A DNA stretch of 55,735 nt. Source: a virus (lineage: Duplodnaviria > Caudoviricetes). A program made the translations under genes and the position numbers. Positions 46,238 through 54,695 of the stretch are shown here, one piece after another. The stretch's first letter is position 1, and the number at the start of each line of letters is the position of its first letter. Location of the stretch: IMG/VR virus record IMGVR_UViG_3300045837_000211, positions 1 to 55,735 of that record; one strand, written 5' to 3'. The notes under the pieces were generated by a model. It did no database searches and was not told the origin of the DNA. It saw nothing but the letters and a program-made list of their open reading frames with translations.

Positions 46238-46608
46238 AGTTCGACGTCCTCCAGGTTGAGATGGCCGTCTTCGACCTTCAGGCGTTGGATGGCCTCTCCG
46301 CCCTCCCAGATGATTACCGCCTCGAGATAACCAGTGCTCCGCTTGAGGGCCGGCTTGAGGATGAAATCGAAGAACGTGCCCGAGCCCTCGCCGGTCATGT
46401 CGAATTCGGTCACGTGTATGTGGCCGTCCTGGTACTCGCCTTTAATCTCCTGCTCGCAGCCGCAGTAAAGCGTCGCGACGCCCGCCTCTTCCGGCCCGGC
46501 AGCGAGGCGCGGGTGCCAGTCCTGACGCTCGTGTGTATAAAAGGCTTTGACGGGGATGACGAGTGAAGCCAGCTTCTTAGTTTTCCAGGTGGTGATGTTG
46601 TAGCTCAT
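46234..46608 (-). CDS. Hypothetical protein
   Basis: AAGGAG SD; MSYNITTWK...WEGG. Confidence 0.6.
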   Translation of the reverse strand: MSYNITTWKTKKLASLVIPVKAFYTHERQDWHPRLAAGPEEAGVATLYCGCEQEIKGEYQDGHIHVTEFDMTGEGSGTFFDFILKPALKRSTGYLEAVIIWEGGEAIQRLKVEDGHLNLEDVEL

Positions 46609-46631
46609 AAGCTACTCCTTTCTGTCTCCCT

Positions 46632-46659
46632 CCGGCACATAAGACCTATTATCGGACGT
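46632..46659 (-). other. dif-like tyrosine recombinase site
   Basis: ACGTCCGATAA-TAGGTC-TTATGTGCCGG, an 11-6-11 layout with the ATAA-N6-TTATGT core of dif. Confidence 0.55.
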
Positions 46660-46689
46660 AATGAATACCTAGTGATTAACAAGGAATAC

Positions 46690-47001
46690 TTATATGTTAT
46701 CGGACTCCCCTTTGACGGCCTGCCGGTACGCGCAAAGCGGCTCATGCGCGCTGGGGAGCGGCACCGCGCCCGCCCCGCAGTCGCACAGGGTTCCGGCCAT
46801 CATGCGCGCGTTTCGGAACTGATGCCGCTGCCACTCGCCGAAGTCCCTGACGATTGCTTCGAGCGCCGGGGCCGGAGCCTCGACCCACAGGTCACCGCCG
46901 CGCCGGTCAAATCTCGCGCCCGCGTGCCGCTTCTCAAGGTACGCTTCGGCCATCTCAGCGTACTCGTCGGGGAAGCCACTCATGAGGATCGTGCGGCTCA
47001 C
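46690..47001 (-). CDS. Hypothetical protein with C-terminal LCDC..H...C motif
   Basis: GGAGG SD; LCDCGAG...HEPLCAYR. Confidence 0.55.
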   Translation of the reverse strand: MSRTILMSGFPDEYAEMAEAYLEKRHAGARFDRRGGDLWVEAPAPALEAIVRDFGEWQRHQFRNARMMAGTLCDCGAGAVPLPSAHEPLCAYRQAVKGESDNI

Positions 47002-48824
47002 GCCAAGCCCTCCGGGAATAAAATCGCGGTCGGGCGGACCACCCCGCGCTCGCGCTCGATGAGGCCGACCGTCGAGAGGGGCCCGATGGTGTTGCCGAAG
47101 TAGCCGCCCGAAGGGTCGATGCCGACCGCCAGGCCGATCTCCTCGGTCGTCAGCGACTCGCCGCCGCGCGCGATGATACAGTCGAGCATGTCCACGGTCC
47201 GCTGCGAGGCGTTCTTCAGCCGGCGGACGCGGGCGCGCAGCACGTCGTGATACTGGTCGAGCGTGCCGACCTCTTCCGGCACGCGCGCGCGGGCGCGCCC
47301 CGCGTCCGTGAGACGGAGTTTGCCCGTCAGGCGCACGACGAGGCCGGCGGAAGAGAGCGGGCCGACGACGTTCCCGAAATAGCCGCCCGAAGGGTCGATC
47401 ATGGCGACGGCTCCGACCTGGACGCCCGTCGGCTCGCGAATCCCTATGGACTCGTAGAAGGCGAGAGCGTCGAGAACGCGCTGCTGGCTATTCGAGAGCT
47501 TGATGTCGCCGCCGGCGGCGGCGGCGCGCGGCAGCTTCCTCTCGGATTGAGAGGAAGGCGGGGCGGCGCGAGACCGCGTCTCAATCTCACGTAGCGGGGC
47601 GGGTGTGTGGCGCGGGCTGCCTGCCGGAAGCTTGTTAATCGCCGCCCTATAACTCTCAATCTCTGAGAGGAATTTTCCGAGGCCCTTCTCGAACGCAAAC
47701 TTGCACGATTCGAGACGGTCGGTGTAGACCTTCACGTCCTCGAAGAGGTCGCGCAGGTTCTTCATCTGCTCGTCGGTGATGACGGGCACCTCGACGGTCT
47801 TCGTCTCGGCCCGCGGCTTCGCCTCCTGCGCCTCTTTGAGGTCGTGCTCCAGGCTCGTAATGCGGCGGCGCAGTTCGGCGCGCTCGCGCCCCCACTCTTT
47901 AGGGTCGCGCGCCTTCGCCTCCTCGATGACGGCGGCGAGACGCTCCTCGACCTCCTTCAGATCAACTTCCGCCCAGCCCTCCTGGCTGACCTTTTGCTGG
48001 AGCTGGGGCGGCGCGAACGAATCGAAGGTCGTGAACATGGGGAACTTCACACGCTCGGGCCCGAAGCCGGCTTCGGGCGACCAGACGAAGGCTTCGCCGC
48101 GCGGCATCGAGGCGAGCGAGTTTAAGACCTCCTTGCCGAGGGCCGGGTCGCCCGCGCCACGGATCCAGTCCTCGACGGCGTCGCGGTCGGCCTTGTGGAC
48201 GACGCGCATGGCCACCAGCGTCTCGCACGAGGTCAGCGCGTCGTTGTGAACTTTCTGCGGGCGCTGGCTGGCGATCAGGCAGACGAGGCCGAGGCCTCGC
48301 CCTTCGGAGAGAAGGCGGTTCGCCCAGTGCAGCCCGACGGACGCCGGGTTGTCACGATCCTGCACGCCGCGCCACTGCTTGGGGGCGAAGTTATGGAACT
48401 CGTCGCCGACCAGGTAGAGTTCGCCGGCGTTACGCGCGAAGAGCGCGGCGGCGAAGTCGATCCAGAAGCGCGTCATCGCGCCGTGCGTCCAGCCGCGCAT
48501 CCCGACGACGCAGGGGCGGTTGCCGGTGGCGATCAGCTCGGCGATGGTCGAGCCTGAGCGGTCGTTGACGGGGACGTCGCGCGCCGCCTCATTCTTGAAG
48601 TCACCGAAGAGGACAACGGGAAAGCCCGCGCTCTTGCCGTCCGCGCCTACTTTGAGTCCCCACCAATCGCCTTTCGGGTCGATGATGCAGACCCTCTTCT
48701 TCTTCGACAGCAGGTGCTCGACGACGTGGCGCAGCGCCGAGGACTTCCCCGCCCCGGTCTTTCCCAGCACGACGAGGTGCTGGTCGAGGATGGCTTCCGG
48801 GAAGACGAGAGGTTCGCTTTTCAT
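46998..48824 (-). CDS. HerA/FtsK-superfamily ATPase with tandem C-terminal wHTH repeats
   Basis: GKTGAGKS, IIDPKGDW, DEFHNFAP, GR..G....SQRP; two IDPSGGYFGN..GPLS..GL repeats. Confidence 0.85.
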   Translation of the reverse strand: MKSEPLVFPEAILDQHLVVLGKTGAGKSSALRHVVEHLLSKKKRVCIIDPKGDWWGLKVGADGKSAGFPVVLFGDFKNEAARDVPVNDRSGSTIAELIATGNRPCVVGMRGWTHGAMTRFWIDFAAALFARNAGELYLVGDEFHNFAPKQWRGVQDRDNPASVGLHWANRLLSEGRGLGLVCLIASQRPQKVHNDALTSCETLVAMRVVHKADRDAVEDWIRGAGDPALGKEVLNSLASMPRGEAFVWSPEAGFGPERVKFPMFTTFDSFAPPQLQQKVSQEGWAEVDLKEVEERLAAVIEEAKARDPKEWGRERAELRRRITSLEHDLKEAQEAKPRAETKTVEVPVITDEQMKNLRDLFEDVKVYTDRLESCKFAFEKGLGKFLSEIESYRAAINKLPAGSPRHTPAPLREIETRSRAAPPSSQSERKLPRAAAAGGDIKLSNSQQRVLDALAFYESIGIREPTGVQVGAVAMIDPSGGYFGNVVGPLSSAGLVVRLTGKLRLTDAGRARARVPEEVGTLDQYHDVLRARVRRLKNASQRTVDMLDCIIARGGESLTTEEIGLAVGIDPSGGYFGNTIGPLSTVGLIERERGVVRPTAILFPEGLA

Positions 48825-48829
48825 CAGTT

Positions 48830-49192
48830 TCAGCACTGACCGCCGGGCCCCGTGGCGTCGTGCATCTCCTTCTCCAATTTCGCCCACGCCTCCAAGTCTA
48901 TCAGGTTAGTGACGTCGTACATCTGCTCGTTGATCCAGACATAAGCCGACCGGCATTTGACGCAGACCTTCACGGCGTGGCTCTCCAGCCCGATACGTTT
49001 CTCGTCGCCTGGGCGGATGAAAGGAAACATCAACTCGGCATAGCCGGCGTGGCGGAAGTGGATGCCCTCACAATTCGGGCAATGGAAAAAGAAGATTCCT
49101 TCGCCAGGCTCTTTGGGCGTGACGCGCTCGACGAAGCCCTGCTTCGACGGGTGGACGATTTCCTTCGTCAGCGATTCGTTGCTATCACTCAT
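48830..49192 (-). CDS. Zinc-ribbon protein
   Basis: CPNC...CVKC; GGAGG SD. Confidence 0.6.
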   Translation of the reverse strand: MSDSNESLTKEIVHPSKQGFVERVTPKEPGEGIFFFHCPNCEGIHFRHAGYAELMFPFIRPGDEKRIGLESHAVKVCVKCRSAYVWINEQMYDVTNLIDLEAWAKLEKEMHDATGPGGQC

Positions 49193-49213
49193 AAGACCTC
49201 CGTGTCGTGATGG

Positions 49214-49250
49214 CGGCCTTCAGCGCCGGAGTGTCCGGCGCTGAAGGCCG
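49214..49250. terminator. 17-bp perfect hairpin
   Basis: CGGCCTTCAGCGCCGGA-GTG-TCCGGCGCTGAAGGCCG; no clear U-tract on the coding (-) strand. Confidence 0.5.
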
Positions 49251-49279
49251 GTTTGTTAGTGAATGCCGAGGACTAAGAG

Positions 49280-49702
49280 TCACGCGCCGGTCGAACTCGT
49301 GCCGCCGGCACTCGGGCCCGCGGCTCCCGACTGATCGGCGGCTTGAGCGCCCGCCGCACCGGTACCGCCCGTGGTACCGCCTCCGCCCGACGCGGCGGTC
49401 GAGTCTCCGGCGGCCCCGGCCTGCGACTCCGGCGCGATCCCCGAGACTTCACCGTCAATCGCCTGCACCGACGCGGTGACGTCGTCGAAGGAGACGGTCG
49501 CGCCCTGCGCCGCGACCTGCTGCTGGAGCGTGGCGAGCGCGGACTTGAGTTCGTCGACCTTCGCCTCGAGCCTCTGGTCGCGCGCAGCCGCGTCGTCTGT
49601 GTGTTGTTTGAGCTGCTGCAAGCCTGCCAGCAGTTGATCATGTATCGCTTGCACGTCTGTCGCCATCTGGTTAAGCCTCCTGAAAAAGTTTACGAGCCAC
49701 AC
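49280..49702 (-). CDS. Coiled-coil protein with Gly/Ala/Thr-rich tail
   Basis: GGGAGG SD; heptad pattern. Confidence 0.6.
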   Translation of the reverse strand: MWLVNFFRRLNQMATDVQAIHDQLLAGLQQLKQHTDDAAARDQRLEAKVDELKSALATLQQQVAAQGATVSFDDVTASVQAIDGEVSGIAPESQAGAAGDSTAASGGGGTTGGTGAAGAQAADQSGAAGPSAGGTSSTGA

Positions 49703-49773
49703 TGAAGTGACCTCCCTTCGTGACGCCCAAACAAAACAGGTGGCCGCCGCGCGTCACGGACGGCGACCAAAAC

Positions 49774-51021
49774 TCATTCGACCGCCGCGCGGATGAGACG
49801 CGCGATCTCCCCACGCGTCATCTCCGGCGAAGCCTCGACGCCGTGCGCGTGCGCCAGGCGCAGGAGCATATCTTTCCTCATCGACTCGAGCGGCGCTGCG
49901 AGGCGCGGGCGACCGCGCTTCGGCCGGTGCGGCTTGCGCCGCGTTCTTACTCTGATCGGCGGCGGCCCCAGTCTGCGCGCGCACGCGCGCTTGGCGCGCT
50001 CTCTCCGGCGGTCGTACACGGTCGTCGTCGCGACCTGGGTGTGTCGCGCCCATTCTTTGACCGCGAGCGGATCCGCGCCCCCTTCTAAAAGGTTGGTGAT
50101 CGCGGAGCGGCGCAGGTCGTGAGGCGTGCACGGGGCGATGCCGGCGGCCGCGGCGCGGCGGCGGACGATTTTGTAAACGGCGTCGCCGGTGAGGGGGCGC
50201 GCGCGCGCGTCGTCGAGGCGCATCTTTCCGCCCCGGCGCAGAGAGCAGAAGAGAGGGCCGGGCACCGCGGCGCGACGACGCATCCAAGCATTGAGCGCGA
50301 GGCGCGCCTCCTTCGCCTCGAGGTAAACGAACTCCTCTTTACTTCCCTTGCCCAGGACTCGGAGGCTGTGGTCGCGCCGACGGTAGTCTTCGGGCTGAAG
50401 GAGACACGCCTCGTCGCGGCGCAGTCCCCCGTAATAGAGGAGCGCGAGGAGCGCGAGGTCGCGCTCGCCTGCGGGCGAGTGATCAAGCCGGCAGACTTCG
50501 AGAAGTAGATCGACCTCAGCCCGGGGGAGCGCGCGGCCCGCGGGCAGCGATGAACCCTTGACCCCCTTGACCTCACACACCTGCGCGCAGCGCTCGGCGC
50601 TCATTTCTTCGAGTCCGAGCTCGCGGCACGTGCGCGCGACGGAGCGCAACGCGGAGAGGGTCATGTTCACGCTCGCGGCGCCCGCGCCCGTCTCGCGCAG
50701 GAGCGCGCGCGCCGTGAGCACGTCCGCCGGCGTCATCTCCGCCCACCTGTAGGAGTCGAGGGTGAAGCCCAGCAGCTCGGCGAACTTGGAGAGCCGCGCC
50801 TCCGTGGAGCGGCGGCCCGCGGGTGCCAACTGCCAGAGGTAGACGCGCGCCGGATTCCCTTGCGCGCGGGGCGGGAAAGCGCGGACGATTCCAGCCCCGG
50901 ATTCTGGCAGACTATTGGCGCGCGCGGTCTCGCCCGGCTCCGGCGCTAAATGAAGCGCGGGCGAGGCGTTGCGCGCCGCCGCGCCCCGAAAACCTTTACT
51001 ATTGTGATAAGGCTTTCTCAC
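49774..51021 (-). CDS. Tyrosine recombinase (Cre/Xer-like) with C-terminal HeH-like domain
   Basis: RDLALL...GLRRDE, GKGSKE, PHDLRRS, ARH....TT.VYD; true start may lie downstream of 51021. Confidence 0.9.
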   Translation of the reverse strand: MRKPYHNSKGFRGAAARNASPALHLAPEPGETARANSLPESGAGIVRAFPPRAQGNPARVYLWQLAPAGRRSTEARLSKFAELLGFTLDSYRWAEMTPADVLTARALLRETGAGAASVNMTLSALRSVARTCRELGLEEMSAERCAQVCEVKGVKGSSLPAGRALPRAEVDLLLEVCRLDHSPAGERDLALLALLYYGGLRRDEACLLQPEDYRRRDHSLRVLGKGSKEEFVYLEAKEARLALNAWMRRRAAVPGPLFCSLRRGGKMRLDDARARPLTGDAVYKIVRRRAAAAGIAPCTPHDLRRSAITNLLEGGADPLAVKEWARHTQVATTTVYDRRRERAKRACARRLGPPPIRVRTRRKPHRPKRGRPRLAAPLESMRKDMLLRLAHAHGVEASPEMTRGEIARLIRAAVE

Positions 51022-51035
51022 GAATTAACGGCGCA

Positions 51036-51347
51036 CTATTCGTCAGGCGGAAAAGAGGTGATCGAAGGCTTCTCCCGGTGCCGCTCCAGCAGGTACGGGT
51101 ACTTCGCCAGCAGCTTGTAACAGGTAGGCAGAAGCAGCGCCTTATTGGGTAGGTCCGCCGCGGCGACGGCCTCGCCGAAGCTCCTCAAGAAATCTCCCGT
51201 CTTGATCTCGCCCGCGCCCACGCGGCGGAAAATCTCAAGCGCTTCTTCGTCGCCGACGACGGAGCAGAGCGCGAGGGCCGGAGCTTCGAGCGCTCGGCTC
51301 GCCTCACGCGCCGCGTCGAAATCAATCAACTCTCTGAGTGCTTGCAT
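51036..51347 (-). CDS. Hypothetical protein
   Basis: AAGGAG SD. Confidence 0.55.
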   Translation of the reverse strand: MQALRELIDFDAAREASRALEAPALALCSVVGDEEALEIFRRVGAGEIKTGDFLRSFGEAVAAADLPNKALLLPTCYKLLAKYPYLLERHREKPSITSFPPDE

Positions 51348-51367
51348 CGCCTGTCTCCTTTCGGACT

Positions 51368-51406
51368 AAAAAAAATGGGGAGGCGGATACGCGCCACCGT
51401 CTCCCC
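51368..51406 (-). terminator. Intrinsic terminator within the early operon
   Basis: GGGGAGACGG...CCGCCTCCCC followed by A and T8 on the - strand. Confidence 0.7.
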
Positions 51407-51435
51407 CCAAGTTCCACAGGAGGGTGGAGCAGAAA

Positions 51436-51630
51436 CTAACTATCGTCCGTCGGGCGCGGGCGACCGCAGATCTCGCACTCCCGCCGGTCGCCGCCGTTCA
51501 TGAACTCCGCGCCCGTGTCCGGGTTGAAGTGATAGTTCTCACAGGCCCAGGCGTCGCGCTCCTCGCGCAGGATGAAGAAGTCGCCCCACTGGGCAGATGA
51601 AATCACTTCAAACAATTTGTCCTGAGCCAT
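51436..51630 (-). CDS. Small Cys-containing hypothetical protein
   Basis: CEICG motif; GGGAAG SD. Confidence 0.45.
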   Translation of the reverse strand: MAQDKLFEVISSAQWGDFFILREERDAWACENYHFNPDTGAEFMNGGDRRECEICGRPRPTDDS

Positions 51631-51645
51631 CGGCCACACTTCCCT

Positions 51646-51804
51646 TCACCGCCTCAAGATCGGCTTGCGGCAGACGGTGTGCACCGCCCGCCCCCGCCCC
51701 GTGATCTTGATCTCGACGGGGCGGATCTCTTTGCACGAGCAGCAGCCGTCCCTCACCTGCTTCGGCACGGCGGCGCGGCGCGATTGACGCCTCTTCACTT
51801 TCAC
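51646..51804 (-). CDS. Small basic Cys-rich protein (52 aa, below the ORF-track cutoff)
   Basis: GTG overlaps the upstream stop; CCSC...C. Confidence 0.4.
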   Translation of the reverse strand: MKVKRRQSRRAAVPKQVRDGCCSCKEIRPVEIKITGRGRAVHTVCRKPILRR

Positions 51805-52190
51805 AACTCTAACCTGCGCCAATGAGGGATACCTTTGCCCGGACTCAAGCCGCAGAAATCCAGACCCGCGGTGTCACCGGAGAGTTGCGCATAGCGCTCC
51901 AAGATCATTCGGCGGAAACGACTCACGTCAGTCTCCCCGCGGGCGATCTGGCCGTAAACGGGGAAGCCGGGCTCGGCACTCGCGCTGACGTGGAGAGAGA
52001 CACGGCCGTCGGCCTCCATGTCGCGGCTCACGATCATTCGGACGCCGTCCTCGAAGCCGAAGACGTTGGCGCGGAGACGACCGGGCCACGCCGCGGGGAA
52101 GCCGGAGCGGTAATCAAAGACGCGGCCGACGGCGGCGGGAAAGCGCGCGCGCAACTTGTCGAGCGGTTGCGGCTCGAAAGGGAGACTCAT
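51801..52190 (-). CDS. Hypothetical protein
   Basis: ATGA coupling; VF.FEDG.R.IVSR....LHVSAS. Confidence 0.6.
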   Translation of the reverse strand: MSLPFEPQPLDKLRARFPAAVGRVFDYRSGFPAAWPGRLRANVFGFEDGVRMIVSRDMEADGRVSLHVSASAEPGFPVYGQIARGETDVSRFRRMILERYAQLSGDTAGLDFCGLSPGKGIPHWRRLEL

Positions 52191-52819
52191 TTGAAGACCC
52201 TCCTGCCCGTGAGGCTGATGCGACCGCCGCGCTTCAAGAGCATCGAAGTGCCGGCGATCACCTTCATGATGCCGTGGAAGGCGAGGCGTGAGCGTCCGCC
52301 CATCACGACCACGTCGCCGCTCCTCAGCTCCACGTCCGTCCCGCGGTCGTCGTAATCCTCGCTCCCGACATTGAAGACACACGTGTCTCCGAGCGAGACC
52401 GTGACGATGGGTGAGACCCTGTCCTCCTCGGTGAGATCCTGGTGACGGCCCAACTTTCCCGTCTGGGGCGGGTAGAAATTAAGAAGCACGGTGTCGAGGC
52501 GGAAAGGACTGAAGCCGGCTTCAGTGGCCGCGCGCATCATCAGCTCACTCACCTCAGTCGGGATCGGCGGGAAGCCTTTGCCGTTCGCGTGGCACGTTAG
52601 GTATTCGTACCTGCCAGCGGAGCCGAACCAGCCGACGTGGCCCCAGCTCGTGACCTGGAGCGAGAGCGGGAAGCCTGATTTAGTGCGCGGCTGCATGAGC
52701 GGGAATTCGGCGACGAGTTCTTTGCAGAGTTCGAGGAGGCGCACCTGCTCCGCATCGCCGCAGAAAGATGCAAGGTGGATAGTGCCAACGGGCAGCGCCG
52801 AAAAAAGGGTTCCCGTCAT
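52187..52819 (-). CDS. alkB: AlkB-family 2OG-Fe(II) dioxygenase
   Basis: NFY, HQD..E, IVTVSLG, GDVVVMGG.SRL.FHG, RISLT.R. Confidence 0.9.
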   Translation of the reverse strand: MTGTLFSALPVGTIHLASFCGDAEQVRLLELCKELVAEFPLMQPRTKSGFPLSLQVTSWGHVGWFGSAGRYEYLTCHANGKGFPPIPTEVSELMMRAATEAGFSPFRLDTVLLNFYPPQTGKLGRHQDLTEEDRVSPIVTVSLGDTCVFNVGSEDYDDRGTDVELRSGDVVVMGGRSRLAFHGIMKVIAGTSMLLKRGGRISLTGRRVFK

Positions 52820-53067
52820 GCTAGCGATTTCCCTTCCGCTATCGCGTCCTCGATGATGAACTGCGCGATGACGAACGAGCGCGGGTCATCCGGGTCGAGG
52901 CCGTTCGCCTTGATCGTGACGCAGAGGAGGCAGGTGATCTCCTCCCTCTCCGGCTCTTCACAAATCTCGACGTCACACTCCGACTCCCACGTCGTGCCGC
53001 AGCCGCGGCAGACTTCGTAGTGGTAGTGGACTTCGCCTTCATGCTCGTCGGCCATACAAACCCTCAC
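52816..53067 (-). CDS. Small zinc-finger protein
   Basis: CRGC...CLLC. Confidence 0.5.
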   Translation of the reverse strand: MRVCMADEHEGEVHYHYEVCRGCGTTWESECDVEICEEPEREEITCLLCVTIKANGLDPDDPRSFVIAQFIIEDAIAEGKSLA

Positions 53068-53201
53068 GTCTGCTTCCTGCCCAGGTTCACGCCGCCGTCT
53101 TCGAGGTACGCCAGGATGCGGTAAGGCGAGAGGAGCATGGTCTTGAGCCGGGCGACCGTCCGGGCCGCTTCCGGCAAGGTGTAGGAGCCGTCAGTATTCA
53201 T
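53064..53201 (-). CDS. Small hypothetical protein (45 aa)
   Basis: Fills the gap with ATGA/GTGA overlaps on both sides; GGAGG SD. Confidence 0.4.
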   Translation of the reverse strand: MNTDGSYTLPEAARTVARLKTMLLSPYRILAYLEDGGVNLGRKQT

Positions 53202-53404
53202 CGCCATCCCTCCAGTGTTCGCGCACGCTCGCCCGCTCGCAGCTTGTTCAGGGCCGACTGCTCGATCCGCCAGATGACCCGTTTGTCCACGCCGGTCAGC
53301 GCGGAGATCTCTCGTATCGACCAGCTCACGCCGCGCGGCGTGAGCGCGAGCAGTGCGTAGAGGCGGTAGTCAATTACTGTGGCGGGCTTCTCGCCGTCCT
53401 TCAT
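53198..53404 (-). CDS. Stand-alone sigma70 region-4-like HTH protein
   Basis: WSIREISALTGVDKRVIWRIEQSALNKLR resembles TL.EI....GV.RER.RQIE..AL.KLR. Confidence 0.7.
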   Translation of the reverse strand: MKDGEKPATVIDYRLYALLALTPRGVSWSIREISALTGVDKRVIWRIEQSALNKLRAGERARTLEGWR

Positions 53405-53460
53405 GACTACTCAACCTTTCGCCCTTGCGGGCGTGATCTTCCGGGCAGTGCGCCGCGTGG

Positions 53461-53664
53461 TCATGCGCGCACGACCTTCCCGTTGCAGGTGACGCGGAGA
53501 TTGAAGCTCTCAATGCGTCTGCCCTTTATGGCCTCGCGGCTGAAGATCACCTTCAGGGCGCGCTCGACGGCCACGGCAGCACAGCAGCCCTCGCCTGTCG
53601 CAGCCTGCTGGGCGTCTTTCGCCGGTAGATGCGGAAACGTGGCGAGCACCGTGTAGCTCTTCAT
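53461..53664 (-). CDS. Hypothetical protein
   Basis: GAGG SD before ATG 53664. Confidence 0.5.
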   Translation of the reverse strand: MKSYTVLATFPHLPAKDAQQAATGEGCCAAVAVERALKVIFSREAIKGRRIESFNLRVTCNGKVVRA

Positions 53665-53763
53665 CGCGACCTCTCTTTCCACCAGCGCACGAAGCACAAA
53701 CAAGAAGCGGCGAAGAGAAGGGCGACGGCGACGAGTCCGCAATTAAATCCGAACATGTAAGCC

Positions 53764-53970
53764 CTACCCCTCCGAAGAAGATTGATCGTCGTCTAACTCG
53801 ACGAGCGAGCGGCGGAAAGCGGTCGAAGGTCTCCGGCGGCTTCCAGCCATCCAGCGCAGCGCGACGAGCGCGCCTTGCGCGAGAAGCTTCCCCTCGCGGC
53901 TTCTACTCGGGTCGCGCGTCATGATCTCGAGCTGCGCGATCTCGTCGTTGATGGCCGCGTCACTCTTCAT
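53764..53970 (-). CDS. Hypothetical protein
   Basis: ATGA coupling; G.L.ALRW. Confidence 0.55.
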   Translation of the reverse strand: MKSDAAINDEIAQLEIMTRDPSRSREGKLLAQGALVALRWMAGSRRRPSTAFRRSLVELDDDQSSSEG

Positions 53971-54236
53971 TTGCCGACCCTCGCGATCTGCAAGTGCTCG
54001 CCGCGGTACGGCTCGAGCTTGTTGAAGACGAGCGCGTGAATGAGGGCCATCACGTCGTCGAGCATCGCGCGCGTGAGTTCGCCCTTCCCTTTGTCGAGCG
54101 CGACGGACTTGGCCATCGCTTCGACCTGGCCGTACAGCCCGCGCAGGAGTGACAGGAGGGAGTTTTCGTCAGACGTGAGATTCAGCCTGATCTCCTGCTT
54201 GCCCCAGCGAAACTCGATGTTGATGTTCCAGTTCAC
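53967..54236 (-). CDS. Hypothetical protein
   Basis: GGAGG SD. Confidence 0.55.
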   Translation of the reverse strand: MNWNINIEFRWGKQEIRLNLTSDENSLLSLLRGLYGQVEAMAKSVALDKGKGELTRAMLDDVMALIHALVFNKLEPYRGEHLQIARVGK

Positions 54237-54249
54237 GACTCCCCTCCCT

Positions 54250-54528
54250 TCACGCGCAGGCGCGGCCCTTCTCTTCCTCGTCGAAAAGAAAATCGAAGGG
54301 AGCGCTCAACCCCCGCTCTCTCCACACGCGCCGCGACTCGTCGAGCATCTCGCGCGTGTCGGGCCGTTCGGCCATCATCGTGACGAGCTTTCGTAGTTGA
54401 GCGTCCCGGATGAGAAGACGCTCATACTCATCCCAAGCCTCGCGCGGCGACTGACCCGCGAGCATGTTCGCCATGAAGACGTCCGTCGGCGTGTGCCATG
54501 CCTCCTCGTCGTCAACCATGATTGACAT
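54250..54528 (-). CDS. Hypothetical protein
   Basis: GGAAGG SD. Confidence 0.5.
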   Translation of the reverse strand: MSIMVDDEEAWHTPTDVFMANMLAGQSPREAWDEYERLLIRDAQLRKLVTMMAERPDTREMLDESRRVWRERGLSAPFDFLFDEEEKGRACA

Positions 54529-54691
54529 CGCCTTCCACTTCCTTTCTGTAAGGGCACTCGCGGTGGTGCTCGTCCGCGCGCGCGCTGTTTCGAGACGGCT
54601 GTGGCCCGGCGCAGTCGCACAGGCGCTCGTAGAGCCGCGTGTAATCGCGTGGCTCGTTCTTCAGCTCGTCGTCCGACATGAGAGACGCCAT
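54512..54691 (-). CDS. Small protein (59 aa) with LCDC..H...CPYR motif
   Basis: Translated by hand; shares its motif with 46690..47001. Confidence 0.5.
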   Translation of the reverse strand: MASLMSDDELKNEPRDYTRLYERLCDCAGPQPSRNSARADEHHRECPYRKEVEGDVNHG

Positions 54692-54695
54692 TGCT

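Noticed and set aside
49774-51021. Recombinase as a classical prophage integrase with attL/attR
   Set aside because: It sits mid-operon, away from the repressor and the ends, with no flanking host DNA or tRNA fragment; a resolvase role fits better, though integration is not excluded
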